Origin: Syntrophales bacterium | GTDB taxonomy: Bacteria > Desulfobacterota > Syntrophia > Syntrophales > UBA2210 | Direction of reading: 5' to 3' | Assembly: GCA_963666365.2 (NCBI GenBank) | Contig: CAXXNF010000001.1 | Location: forward strand, 1,152,001 to 1,216,000 | DNA: 64,000 bases | In this document: one piece after another, positions 10,101 through 18,385 of the stretch | Layout: the number at the start of each line of letters is the position of its first letter | How positions within the stretch are numbered: the first letter of the stretch is position 1 | Notes under the pieces: generated by a model | The model's database searches: none | What the model saw: only the letters and a program-made list of their open reading frames with translations | What the model was told of the DNA's origin: nothing | Made by a program: the position numbers and the translations under genes

Positions 10101-10294
10101 TGGGCGATATAAACGGAGACTGGATCTGTGACCTGGCCGACGCCGTGCAGGCACTGAAACTCTTATCACACACAAAAAGCGGAATAGAACTGTTCGCCTA
10201 TGGCAACTCGGGTGCCGATATAGACGGAGACGGCACGGTCGGATTGCCCGAGGCAACTTTCATTCTTCAATTGGCAGGAGGTATCAGGCCATAG
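4109..10294 (+). CDS. Very large secreted multidomain protein: repeated beta-propeller region, carboxypeptidase-regulatory-like domain, PQQ-type propeller, helical region, C-terminal dockerin-like domain
   Basis: ATG 4109 with GGAGG; N-terminal hydrophobic signal; many YGNGxFVAVG..G.I..S.DG..W repeats; SSPAIGxDGTVYVGS (PQQ/BamB-like) repeats; two DxDGD EF-hand-like repeats at the C-terminus. Confidence 0.85.
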   Translation: MTNYSGHFTIRNGSCGKSLYYRGIFLTLIISLVVFSAPLCACADDPFAPWIQVSPLEFSDVAYGNEKFLLVDRHGAIFTSPDGTAWTRQESGTSKELRGAACGPDRMVAVGASKTILLSFDGSTWRPQEQISGGPAYFSLNAVAYGNGLFVAVGETLQSGAGVALTSPDGEAWTFYSPNSSYLHDVTYSSTLGLFVAVGDSGAIVSSPDGITWTQRNSGTSHTLRGIAEGNGTFIAVGDAGTILGALDGGIDQWRQKTYSSSLPLYSVTYGSGFFIAAGYDWEWNRGLLVASADGEVWTRTETTATDGTALACITYGNGRFVAVGGEEGNILASDDGVEWSRAKKGVSGWLTSIVCGNNGTLAAVGYEGKIVVSSDELTWEDRASGTSETLLDITYGNGRFVAVGTAGIILTSPEGDQWTVRSEDVFYTLNGVTYGQDSFIAVGNGGTVVASADGRLWEERVSGVDEDLLDVVFGGGVYVAVGMLGAIYTSPDGRTWTKIESGISTTLLSITRDRGLFVAVGDGGTILTSSDGESWDQHTSGFTSTLHAVTSSGNRFVAVGDDGVMLTSADGAEWTPAAVITTPIVIFPTDEDLYGIAQSDHLIAAGRFGTILRSSRMGYSITGSILDSSILPIAGVEVNLFDMDGNRRAGAVTPESGYYRIAGVPAGEYRITFTKAGYRFDPFSTVVTVTDGNVEHLDIMGAYPYKGTAIWPTFRGENRHSGASHYGGPEGLIPLWNRDTGHDDAWHSSVPLRSSPAIDARGMIYVGSTKGILYCLDPLGRVNWRYPADDVDGGIGAIVSSPAIGTDGSVYVGSQRGLYAFRPDGTPKWCFDLAQGAIDSPPVIGPSGIVYAGSVNGHLYAVNSTGTLRWMYPAQGESGTMGAIASSPAVGDDGTIYVGSQDGFLYAVTSTGSLRWRFQTGGAVDSSPAVGSDGTVYVGSTDCNVYAINCSDGSLKWKYATGGAIIASCALGADGTVYIGSKGFYALGTDGALLWRHDGEGTSFSSPVVDAAGMIYACGDDGTLYGFNSSGDVLWSRPAGNCVAASPAIGANGMIYTVSDDGTVCAFARNYTESDAALLAALFMKHSENSEAARQFLQLLAAAYGFDRLAIPDVSTEQEAYVQWIEDFRYHLACRPAPDGLQVVLERILPSLNTYIQTITSAYGEDLSGGGEGPELLIQLTAGTDRTPTSVEWRLFVKTPTIEEPSLLFVVDPVMGGVEGDIGALYGIVNLVSVGMGLYEKYSQITLSLENRDINGVLEYSLSLVAEEGTEFLSSAIGLGTLFSDAYMHFYHRWQAIKNADPSPGTIVQVEKLSDDFTATNRYISQVDEGDHVLIDVSSEEVKMLKLDEAVAFLDSLGEAFDMFGLICDSMDLGGLIYEQATDPEVPVFLNYKLWATSLQVAGGVVALAGVTAPIGIGLAVLGTGIDYFGGRIYEIQADRAQKINLLNNLALTMETLISQRNILTSMDTEWADRLAAKSLESGAACEQLLNALAPSETDTTAARTLKVGAYAESFKEYLADRIDYYNYLDQKAANFKGIVQTAVDFIELAMIHALDYSGVDNEGVPFTLRAHMWGFEVTPLVEYLDDPEYIFHALPRNGTVGRRFMVEDGVLVHEWWDEGPLEISEDSNWLTFPEDLGLDSDRLWERPATGKKACLNRWPFYPVSEGAVFGDDEEIIVPVIDRTPGGTDWVAYYGITPGEGVDPSKGQIHLGGDAMGNYLQSLLIVNDEATGAPLKKFHYKYVLDKETSIAHAFDLDSWRYSDAWVSTFNVKVQDALAGIQAVQAHYESMKFIQTAKKGYYRPEIPSLPYERGWYTLPSPITWFQCDLDHLEGGPTTTALEGWQEVYGSGVSVPVDIPFVRTVYVYWNARNADPSGDVTLYFGDGSTYTVHIENNITIRHYSAAGSSDWLGEGAGGGLPYPPPAGTHAEPCLIYRYFDEGLPYWHRIDLLIIHIPEAQQGGQLKRIDFDPDVGSTLRLFDIAVYAEETVPALSSYPLGDINGDWICDLADAVQALKLLSHTKSGIELFAYGNSGADIDGDGTVGLPEATFILQLAGGIRP

Positions 10295-10384
10295 AGGGAC
10301 ACTTCCCTATTTTTTAGCGGCAAGCTACGTGTTTCCAGATTTATATCAATAATTTACGGCACAAAAATAGGGAAGTGTCCCTCT
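10293..10384. repeat. 92-bp element with perfect 22-bp terminal inverted repeats and an internal IHF-consensus site, copy B
   Basis: AGAGGGACACTTCCCTATTTTT (10293-10314) and AAAAATAGGGAAGTGTCCCTCT (10363-10384); TATCAATAATTTA (10344-10356) fits WATCAANNNNTTR. It lies between convergent genes. Confidence 0.85.
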
Positions 10385-10388
10385 GACC

Positions 10389-11087
10389 TTAATCGGGAGG
10401 AAGAAAGCGTATCGCCAGGGCGGCTCGTGCCTTGAATTCTTCCATCATTTTTTTCTGGCTTATCGAATGTTCTTCCACAGGAAACCACTCGCGGGGATTT
10501 TTGTAGAGATTATCCTCCGTGTAGATATTTTCATAATAGGTCACCATCAAGAGAGAGCGGCCATTATTGAAAATATCACTATAGGACTTGGCCAGATAAA
10601 GCCGGGACCCCTTGAGATTCAGCTTTTTAAGATATTCGTCATTGTGTAAGGAATGAAGACATATCACATATCCGTGGTCCGAGCTTTGAATGGCTTCCCG
10701 CCCCTTCTCAAGTATGCACGGGAACCGTTCAAACTGGTCCGGTTTCCAGCACACCATTTCTTCGTGCATATCAAGCATTGAAACAGCACATCCCCTCTTT
10801 ACAACTCCCTTCGGGTCTTTTTCGGCAAGCAGAAAAGTCTTGCATGACACCAGAATTCCCAGGGATGTCGAATATTCGGTCATTGCGAACGTTGAAGAAT
10901 GGGTCCCGTCGATTTCACCAAGGTATTCAAGGTTGCGATCTATTTCCATCTTGAAAAGGGGTTGATGGGGATAAATAAAAAGGGTTCCTGTTGGGGTCGG
11001 TTGAATGGCCGGTTGCGGAGTGGCGCATCCGCCGAGCAGAACGGACAATATGATGAATAAGGAAACCCACAGTGCGTTACTCTTCAT
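10389..11087 (-). CDS. Putative lipoprotein of unknown function
   Basis: Start moved to ATG 11087 (AGGAG RBS); signal peptide MKSNALWVSLFIILSVLLGG|C with lipobox. Confidence 0.75.
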   Translation of the reverse strand: MKSNALWVSLFIILSVLLGGCATPQPAIQPTPTGTLFIYPHQPLFKMEIDRNLEYLGEIDGTHSSTFAMTEYSTSLGILVSCKTFLLAEKDPKGVVKRGCAVSMLDMHEEMVCWKPDQFERFPCILEKGREAIQSSDHGYVICLHSLHNDEYLKKLNLKGSRLYLAKSYSDIFNNGRSLLMVTYYENIYTEDNLYKNPREWFPVEEHSISQKKMMEEFKARAALAIRFLPPD

Positions 11088-11404
11088 AGCAATTTCTCCT
11101 TTCCAGCGAACTAATTCACAAAGAGCATTCAGATTGAATTTTCCAGTCAATTAGAAATGTATCGGATGTGCGGATATTCAATAGTAAAATACGATAGATT
11201 GCAATACTGAATTACTACGTACAAAATAGCGATCAAAACAGGTAGAATGGAATTGAGAAAATGAATTACGTAGGGCTAAATATTCTGAGGGTTGTGTGGT
11301 GAGGGATATTTTCTCCTTGACTTTACCTGCATGGAGGTGCATGAATCAATCACGTATCATTCCCGTAACGATTTAATATACTAGCAGTTTTGGGAGGTGT
11401 GAAT

Positions 11405-11806
11405 TTGAAAAGGCATTCTACTTTCATGCTTACGGCTGCACTGTTAGTTGTGCTTCCACTGTTATGTGTTCCACCTGCAGAGGCATTCAACGTGAATATC
11501 ACGAATGGAAGCCTGATTAACGTCTCGGTTTACATACCTGTGTACGACAGCCCGGGCTCGGATTCGCAAAGTAGTCTAATCCATGCCAATCTTGCACCAA
11601 ATGAGACCCTCACAAAAACAATGCCTACTAAGTATCATAGCTTTATAGCTGTAATCCCGCGCTTCTGCCCCAACCAATGCAACACAATATACATTTGCAC
11701 CTCGGGTCAAATTGCATCAAGCCCTGCCGATTGTTATTTTCGTCAGTTTGATATACAGGGCACTATTATTTACAATTGCATTTCCTGTACCTGTACGTTC
11801 AAATAG
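11405..11806 (+). CDS. Small secreted cysteine-rich hypothetical protein
   Basis: GGAGG 7 nt before TTG at 11405; signal peptide ending AEA; seven Cys in the C-terminal half; AT-richer than its neighbours. Confidence 0.6.
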   Translation: MKRHSTFMLTAALLVVLPLLCVPPAEAFNVNITNGSLINVSVYIPVYDSPGSDSQSSLIHANLAPNETLTKTMPTKYHSFIAVIPRFCPNQCNTIYICTSGQIASSPADCYFRQFDIQGTIIYNCISCTCTFK

Positions 11807-11863
11807 CATTATTATACCGGCGACGTATAAAACGACGCCGCAGATGTACACGTTTCAAAAGCT

Positions 11864-12148
11864 TCAAGTGTCCCCTTTTTTCCCGCAGCAACGGTCAAGC
11901 AGGGACTTCGTTACCGAATGCTCCCGTTTCAGCAGTTTCGATCCTCTGGTGATTTTACAGAGACTGATATGATGCCTCTTGGCGATTACGCGCTGGGGGT
12001 TCCCTTCATAAAGTTCTTTCAACAGCTGCCACCGCATCGCCATATCTGACAGTTCCCTAGGGGTAAATATTTCACTGAAAAAGGTTTCCATTTCTTCCGG
12101 ATCATTGATGCGGGTAAACAACGTGATAAGCTCGCGGTAACTATCCAT
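11864..12148 (-). CDS. TrpR-like (Trp repressor/YerC-YecD family) regulator
   Basis: FTPRELSDMAMRW and QRVIA..ISLCKITRGS match the TrpR-family HTH; start at ATG 12148 with GGGGAGG. Confidence 0.85.
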   Translation of the reverse strand: MDSYRELITLFTRINDPEEMETFFSEIFTPRELSDMAMRWQLLKELYEGNPQRVIAKRHHISLCKITRGSKLLKREHSVTKSLLDRCCGKKGDT

Positions 12149-12370
12149 GGCCCCTCCCCGTTTCTGTAAATAGAAACACATAGACGACGAAAGATAAGAT
12201 GTCAAATATATTTTATGTGCATCCCCGAAGCCACGCAACGTTACGGTGAAGGCTTTCACGCCGGAATCGCTGAAATTCATTGACCTGGCGGCGTTCTTGT
12301 AATAAACGTGGGGGAATTCGTAACGGATTTATACATACAAACCAGAAAAGGAAATGAAAGGAGGACAGCT

Positions 12371-12640
12371 ATGAACAAGGTGGATTTAATCAATGAAGTG
12401 GCACAGGTAGTGGGAACAAAGGCAAAGGCGCAGGAGGCCATTGAGTGTGTTCTTTCCTCCATTACAACGGCGCTTAAAGACGGTGAAACGGTTTCTCTTG
12501 TGGGGTTCGGAACTTTTAAGGTCGTCGATCGCGCAGCCCGGAAGGGACGAAACCCCCAAACCGGCGAAGAAATCGACATTGCTGCATCGCGGGTTCCCCG
12601 TTTTGTGGCGGGGAAAGCACTCAAGGACGCGCTGAAGTAA
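12371..12640 (+). CDS. hup: DNA-binding protein HU
   Basis: MNKVDLI...[20 protein letters not shown] signature; GGAGG RBS. Confidence 0.95.
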   Translation: MNKVDLINEVAQVVGTKAKAQEAIECVLSSITTALKDGETVSLVGFGTFKVVDRAARKGRNPQTGEEIDIAASRVPRFVAGKALKDALK

Positions 12641-12672
12641 CTACATGCCCTTTGATTAATGTTGCTGCTTTC

Positions 12673-12704
12673 CGTGTCCGGCCCTTTTACGAGGGCCGGA
12701 CACG
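12673..12704. terminator. 13-bp stem hairpin between convergent genes (likely terminator)
   Basis: CGTGTCCGGCCCT-TTTACG-AGGGCCGGACACG; no long U tract. Confidence 0.65.
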
Positions 12705-12733
12705 TCAGTCATGGTTTACTATTCTCTCTCGCG

Positions 12734-15700
12734 TTATCTCAAGGCGGCAATCTTCTGAAGAATATAGACGATCTCTTCCAATCCCAGGCAGTTGTCATTA
12801 TTTACTGATGCCGTAATGAGAGTCCCTAGTAACGCACTATCCGTACACACCTTTAAAGACAGGACAGCATCTGAAAGATCAACGGCGCCGCTGTTGTCTA
12901 CATCTCCCATAATCACAAAGGTAGCAGTAACTGTCTTGTCCGAATCCATGCATATGCTGCATAATCCCGTTCCCGTGCACCCGTCACCGGACCAGCCTGA
13001 AAAAAACGCATCCATGCCGGTAATTGCCGACAGGGTAACACTCTGACCGGGAGAGTAGGTTTCGCTGCAATCGCTCCCGCCGCCGCAATCTATTTCTCCT
13101 CCCTGACTTAACACGGAACCGCTCCCTTTCCCTGCCACATGAACCGTCAACACCGGTTCGCGAAGCGTAAAGTAGGTCGGCGCGCTCCATGGCGACCACT
13201 GCCCGAAAGAGTCCTGGTACCGTACCGTCCAGCTATAGGTTGCAGGATAGTCGTTGTCGCAGGTCAGGACGCCTTCCGGCACGGTGTAGATCCAGCTGTC
13301 GGTGCCAGAAAGAATTCCCGTGTTGTGCACAATAACCTCCTGGATGGCGCCATCCACTTCCGTAATCAGACGGATGACGAACCAGCTTGCCGCAAGCGCG
13401 TCGCCGTCGGCATCAACAAAAAGGGGGCCCATAAGCTGCGGAGCCGTTGAGAATGCAACCCCTGAAGGACTTCCTCCCGAGGAATCCGGCACTGAGGGCG
13501 CCCTGTTTGCCTCGATAAGGGCGTGTGCCGATGCCCTGTTGCCTGCTCCGTCTCTCACTTCACAGAAAAGCTCATACTGTGATGGAAGGGGAAGTGGCCC
13601 TTCAAGGGACAGCCTGTGTTTACCCGAGGCAATCGTCTGCCATTCCGCCCATGTGCCGTCGGAGAATCGATAGCGCATGGAAAGAGGACCTATCGCGTCG
13701 TAGGCATCCAGATGCATGACAACCTGTGAAGAGGTGGTCACCGGAGCGCCCGCAACGCTTGTGAGATAACAACTGGTAATGACCGGCGCGGTGCGGTCCA
13801 GGATAATCGCCGCCTTGCATGCGGGCGACAGGTTTCCCGCACTGTCTTCAGCAATTCCGTAAAAACGGTAGGTTCCATCAAGGATGACATTGTTTTCACC
13901 GATGACAAAAGGCGGAATGCTGACGGAACAATCGTTCACATAGGATTCCTTGGACATTGCCTCGACAGGATCGAAGACAGTCCCCGTGACCTCCTCGTAC
14001 CATTTAATGCGGGTGATGTCGAAATTATCGGTCACCTCTATATGCAATGTTGCCTCGGGGGTCCGGGTAAAGCCCGAACCGTCTCCTATGGTGAACGCTT
14101 TAATCGCGGGAGGGTAGATATCCTTATCTACGCCGACGGCGACAATGCGCTCATTTCCCGCGCTGTCGACAACCTTTATCTCAAGCGTTCTGCAAGGGGG
14201 AGGGTCTTCGATCTTCAGGGTATCGGAATAGGGAACGTACGGTGACCACTCCCCTCCGGCAACGCGCCAGGAGATCGCCTCCAGCCCCGATTCCCCATCT
14301 GATGCGGACAGGTGCAGATAGAAGGTATGGTTCTTCGCATCGATAGAACCAATGGCAGCCGTGACCGCGGGAACTGTGGCGTCCACACAGATCGCATCGC
14401 AATAGACGCCATTTTTTGCAGTATTCGATGCATTCCGATACTCAACGCAGACCGTATGGACGCCGCTTCCGGTAAAATCAACATACTGCGTTCCCATCGG
14501 GAATAGATAGGATCCCCATTCCTCCGTGTCCAGGACGCCATCCCGGGCAATCCGTATCTCTCCTGTGCTGCTGTCCCATATCTCGAAGGAAAGGGTCGGT
14601 ACCCCCTCTCCGACTACTGTTTCGGGGGTGATTCCCCAGGTGCCGTCCGTATACTCATAGCTCAGGGAGCCATGACCGCCGTATAGTGTGTTGGCGTTAC
14701 CGGCGCTGATTTCGTAATAATTATCGCCATCGCCGGATTCGGCATAGACGAGAAGAGAATAGGTCCCCGTCGCAAGGGCGATGGGGGTCTGCAGAAAGAG
14801 GACATATCTTCCGTTATAGATTCCCATCGAGTGCCTTACTTCGTCGACAGGTGCTGACCAGTGGGCGAGTTCATACTCTTCGCAGGAAGGATCAGCGTCG
14901 TCGCGTTCTGTCACCAGCTTTACGTGGAGGGATCCCGGGGCCCCCACGATATTAAAAATATTGAGTTTGATGACATTGAAGGATAGCGCCTCTGACAGAT
15001 CTATCTCCTGGGCACGGTAGAGGATGCCTTCCGAACCGCCCAGAACCAGGACATCCCCATAGGTATTTTCTACATACCGCAGGTTTCCGTCCGGAGGGGT
15101 AATATGTAGTTCAAGGGGAATCTGCGACGGGCTGTTGACATATGTGGCGCCCCGATTAAGCACAACGGCGCCGGTGGTATCTACCGATATAGAATCGCTT
15201 CCGGTCCCACGGTTGCCGGAAAGATCGGTGACCCTGGCATAGACTGTCTTGGCGCCCATATATACGTCATTTTCCAAGATCTTCCAGGAGGGGATGGTCA
15301 CGAATGTCCCCGTAAAGTATACGGGGTCACTCCAGTCCGCCTGATCGTTTGAAAGCTCGACGGCGAGACGGCCGGTCTCCGAATTATTTACAGTGATCTC
15401 CACATCAACGCGCTTGCATCCGGTGCTTTCTGCAGACCCGCTTGTCGGATCTTTAAGGACCACAGCTATGGAAGGCGCCGTCGTGTCTTTAACAAATTCG
15501 ATGGCTTCACTGGAGGCGACATTTCCTGCCCGGTCCTTCACATCCACCACCAGACTGTAGGCGCCGTCGGCAAGAGCGGCTACATCAGCCACAGCCGCGG
15601 CCATGTCTTCAGAATCGCCATGCTGAAAGGATACCCACGTACCGGATCCGACCTTAGTAATTCCCGAATAGATCCGGTAATTGTAAGATGCGGTAGCCCG

Positions 15701-17917
15701 GTTGCCGTCGTCGGATAGCAGATTGAATAAAAGGGTATTTCCGGTAAATCCTTCGCTTGCGAGGGGTGCCACAAAGAGAGAAGGCGGTGTGATGTCGAAA
15801 GAAAGGACAATTGGTCCGCTTTTATACTGCCGGTCCTGGGGATCCCAATAGGAGAAGTTCACCCATTGCTCGCTGGTATATGAATCGGAAACAGAGAAGG
15901 TATACTCTATCTCTTTCCATTCATAGAGATCGTGGTCAAAACGGATCGTCCGCGTACCTTTCGGTGACTCCCGTTCAAAGGAAAAGACGGCGGCCTCGGC
16001 GCCACCGGCCGTACTTTCGGGGACCGTCAAGGTCGATTTCACCGCCACCTCCCCCATCTCGACCCTCACATCTGTGAGGGGATCGCCCTTTTCATTCTGC
16101 ACGGTTCCTTTCAATAGCTGGAACTGTGTCAGGAACATGCCGCTCGGATTGGTGGCGTAGTTGAAGTCATCCGTGCGCGATCCGTCATGGTGGAAAAGGA
16201 AGCTTCGCGGCGCGTAGTAGGGCGCTCCCTTGTCCAGCTCTAGCTGCGTGGGAACGGGGGGGATATATTCGAGGCGGTAATCGCCTTCAGGCACATTCTC
16301 GAAACGATACACCCCATCGGATGTCCCGTCGTTTGCCGTATCTATGTAGCAGGTCAGCGACTCGCCGCTTGAGGTTTCCCCGGTCAGACGTACGCCTATG
16401 CCGTTTATGTAGCAGCCGGACCCGCAGGGATTGGTGATGACTCTGCCGATAACGGTCCCCCGCGGCGCACGAGCATACACCCTTTTTGTGACGACATTGT
16501 TTGAAGTATTGTAGTCTGCCAGGGCGTAAATGGAATTTCCGTATGAATCGGTTCCCCTGAGCTCTATATAGCCTACCCTGAACTCCAGAGTGTGCATCCC
16601 CTCCGTAAAGGGCCAGGAAAAGCTCCGCAGGGTATAACTTTCGTTGGGCGCCAGGACGATGAGATTTCCGTCGTTGTCTTCCAGCCGCCTGTCAAGAAGA
16701 TCCTCTCCGAAGGGGTCGTGGGCGTATTCTCCGTCGATCTTGATGGTGTAGACGAAAGAGACCGTGTCCTCCGATGCCCGTTCTCCCAGGTTGGTAATCA
16801 TAAAATTGACGCCGGACCACTCGCCGCTGTAAATGGTCCCTTCGGATCCGGGGCTATAGACGATATCGGTCACAGCCATGTCGGGGAGAAAGGGTCGATC
16901 CCTGATGGGCAGAGAGACGGAAAGGTCCTGATCGCCGCCTATCCTGAAATCGTCGGTGACCTTTTTGTAGAAATCCGGGTTGTGGAGCGTCTCCGGGGTC
17001 GGGCAGTTGTAGTTCAGTATGTTGTCTGCGGCGCCCTCGGCAGCGCTTACGGTGTTCGGCATTATGTCAAAGGCCAGCGGTCCCACCAGTGTCAGCTCTA
17101 TCCCCATGGTGCGGTACAGATTGAGACTGTAGTGCACTGTAGGAGAAAGGGTAATGACTTCGTTTCCCGGATCGTAGTAGGGGCTATCGTAAGGGTCCTG
17201 GGGTATGTATATAAAGAAGGGCTGGGCGTTTTCCACGCCGAAACCGGTAAACTGCACGGGGCCGTTGTCTCCCAGCGTCATCCGGACATAATTGCCTTCC
17301 ACCACAAGCTCGCCGGCCAGAGAAAGGCTGGCCATGTCGATGCCCTCCCCCAGGGTGCTTATGACCGAACTTGCCGCCTCTGATACCGTGCCAATCATTT
17401 CACTCAGGGGAAATGCCGAACAGTCCAGATAATCGATGCCGCACATCACCTCCGATCCAAGGGGCATGGGACCTTCCGTTGCGATATTCATACCGAAGTC
17501 ACTACCTATACCGGCGAATTCCTCTTCAAACCACCAGTCCCTGAAACTTATGCCGAAGGATAAGCCGAAGTTTGACGACAGCTCCGTGAAATCGGGATCA
17601 TCGTAGGTTTCGATCCATGCCCTTCCGGCGGCCTGATTGCCAGCATAGAGATCGGTGGAATTGCACTCCAAAATAAGTTTTGCCGAGTAGGAAAGGGCCA
17701 CCGGCGTGTCGCCGGCGCTCAGATATCCCTGCGCTTCCGTAACCAGGGCGATGATCGGGAACCACCCTGTACTCAGGTCAATCCCATTGGCATCGGCTCC
17801 CTGATAAATAAAGCGAAGGGGTATTTCCTTGTGGATGTCGTAGGCCTGTACACAGGGCGCAGAGATTATCAGGCCGACAAATACAAAAACCCATAGTCTC
17901 AGGCGGTAAAAGCACAT
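12734..17917 (-). CDS. Large secreted protein with CARDB-like and multiple Ig-like domains, an InlB-B-like repeat and a C-terminal dockerin-like domain
   Basis: Signal peptide ending VQA; LPDMAVTDI..NLGE..NNVVT (CARDB-like); repeated D.AGN..D.T.P Ig-like motifs; G.GSV..IDCG..FSGWSG..VTATF; GDVDNSGAVDLSDAV at the C-terminus. Confidence 0.85.
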   Translation of the reverse strand: MCFYRLRLWVFVFVGLIISAPCVQAYDIHKEIPLRFIYQGADANGIDLSTGWFPIIALVTEAQGYLSAGDTPVALSYSAKLILECNSTDLYAGNQAAGRAWIETYDDPDFTELSSNFGLSFGISFRDWWFEEEFAGIGSDFGMNIATEGPMPLGSEVMCGIDYLDCSAFPLSEMIGTVSEAASSVISTLGEGIDMASLSLAGELVVEGNYVRMTLGDNGPVQFTGFGVENAQPFFIYIPQDPYDSPYYDPGNEVITLSPTVHYSLNLYRTMGIELTLVGPLAFDIMPNTVSAAEGAADNILNYNCPTPETLHNPDFYKKVTDDFRIGGDQDLSVSLPIRDRPFLPDMAVTDIVYSPGSEGTIYSGEWSGVNFMITNLGERASEDTVSFVYTIKIDGEYAHDPFGEDLLDRRLEDNDGNLIVLAPNESYTLRSFSWPFTEGMHTLEFRVGYIELRGTDSYGNSIYALADYNTSNNVVTKRVYARAPRGTVIGRVITNPCGSGCYINGIGVRLTGETSSGESLTCYIDTANDGTSDGVYRFENVPEGDYRLEYIPPVPTQLELDKGAPYYAPRSFLFHHDGSRTDDFNYATNPSGMFLTQFQLLKGTVQNEKGDPLTDVRVEMGEVAVKSTLTVPESTAGGAEAAVFSFERESPKGTRTIRFDHDLYEWKEIEYTFSVSDSYTSEQWVNFSYWDPQDRQYKSGPIVLSFDITPPSLFVAPLASEGFTGNTLLFNLLSDDGNRATASYNYRIYSGITKVGSGTWVSFQHGDSEDMAAAVADVAALADGAYSLVVDVKDRAGNVASSEAIEFVKDTTAPSIAVVLKDPTSGSAESTGCKRVDVEITVNNSETGRLAVELSNDQADWSDPVYFTGTFVTIPSWKILENDVYMGAKTVYARVTDLSGNRGTGSDSISVDTTGAVVLNRGATYVNSPSQIPLELHITPPDGNLRYVENTYGDVLVLGGSEGILYRAQEIDLSEALSFNVIKLNIFNIVGAPGSLHVKLVTERDDADPSCEEYELAHWSAPVDEVRHSMGIYNGRYVLFLQTPIALATGTYSLLVYAESGDGDNYYEISAGNANTLYGGHGSLSYEYTDGTWGITPETVVGEGVPTLSFEIWDSSTGEIRIARDGVLDTEEWGSYLFPMGTQYVDFTGSGVHTVCVEYRNASNTAKNGVYCDAICVDATVPAVTAAIGSIDAKNHTFYLHLSASDGESGLEAISWRVAGGEWSPYVPYSDTLKIEDPPPCRTLEIKVVDSAGNERIVAVGVDKDIYPPAIKAFTIGDGSGFTRTPEATLHIEVTDNFDITRIKWYEEVTGTVFDPVEAMSKESYVNDCSVSIPPFVIGENNVILDGTYRFYGIAEDSAGNLSPACKAAIILDRTAPVITSCYLTSVAGAPVTTSSQVVMHLDAYDAIGPLSMRYRFSDGTWAEWQTIASGKHRLSLEGPLPLPSQYELFCEVRDGAGNRASAHALIEANRAPSVPDSSGGSPSGVAFSTAPQLMGPLFVDADGDALAASWFVIRLITEVDGAIQEVIVHNTGILSGTDSWIYTVPEGVLTCDNDYPATYSWTVRYQDSFGQWSPWSAPTYFTLREPVLTVHVAGKGSGSVLSQGGEIDCGGGSDCSETYSPGQSVTLSAITGMDAFFSGWSGDGCTGTGLCSICMDSDKTVTATFVIMGDVDNSGAVDLSDAVLSLKVCTDSALLGTLITASVNNDNCLGLEEIVYILQKIAALR

Positions 17918-18385
17918 GCCCCCTCCTTTTCATTCGATGTCCGAAAAGTCTCGCAGAACCCGTAATTTCGTGATACCGGCAAAAGTCGGTGTCCGGTGTT
18001 TTTTTAGAGCTGTTGTCGATCGCCCGTCGCCTGTCCGGATAGGAATTTTTACACGCGTTTAGAATATCCGGTGAAATAGCATATGATTTTTTTATACGCT
18101 CTGCAGTGTAGATCCGCAACAGCAAATACACGAAACGGCCGGGCACTGTGAACTATCTCATAGGGTCAATTCCCTCGACAAAAAGGGCATATCGATGCTA
18201 TTATCCAATTCCGCTGAACCTACCGGCATCTTTAAACGCACTACCAGCGCAATACCGGTCTGCCGCGACGCAACGCCATGATCAAAAGCCTCATGTGCCG
18301 CAGTGAGAGGAAAGGCACAGGGAACAGTGCCATACAATTGCAGCGGTAAAGAGATTTTGAATACTTGTAGGAAGCAATCGAAGAA

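Noticed and set aside
17918..18385. Possible ncRNA (for example 6S) in the 468-bp divergent intergenic region
   Set aside because: Only short scattered stems and no recognisable family signature; an Rfam scan would be needed.
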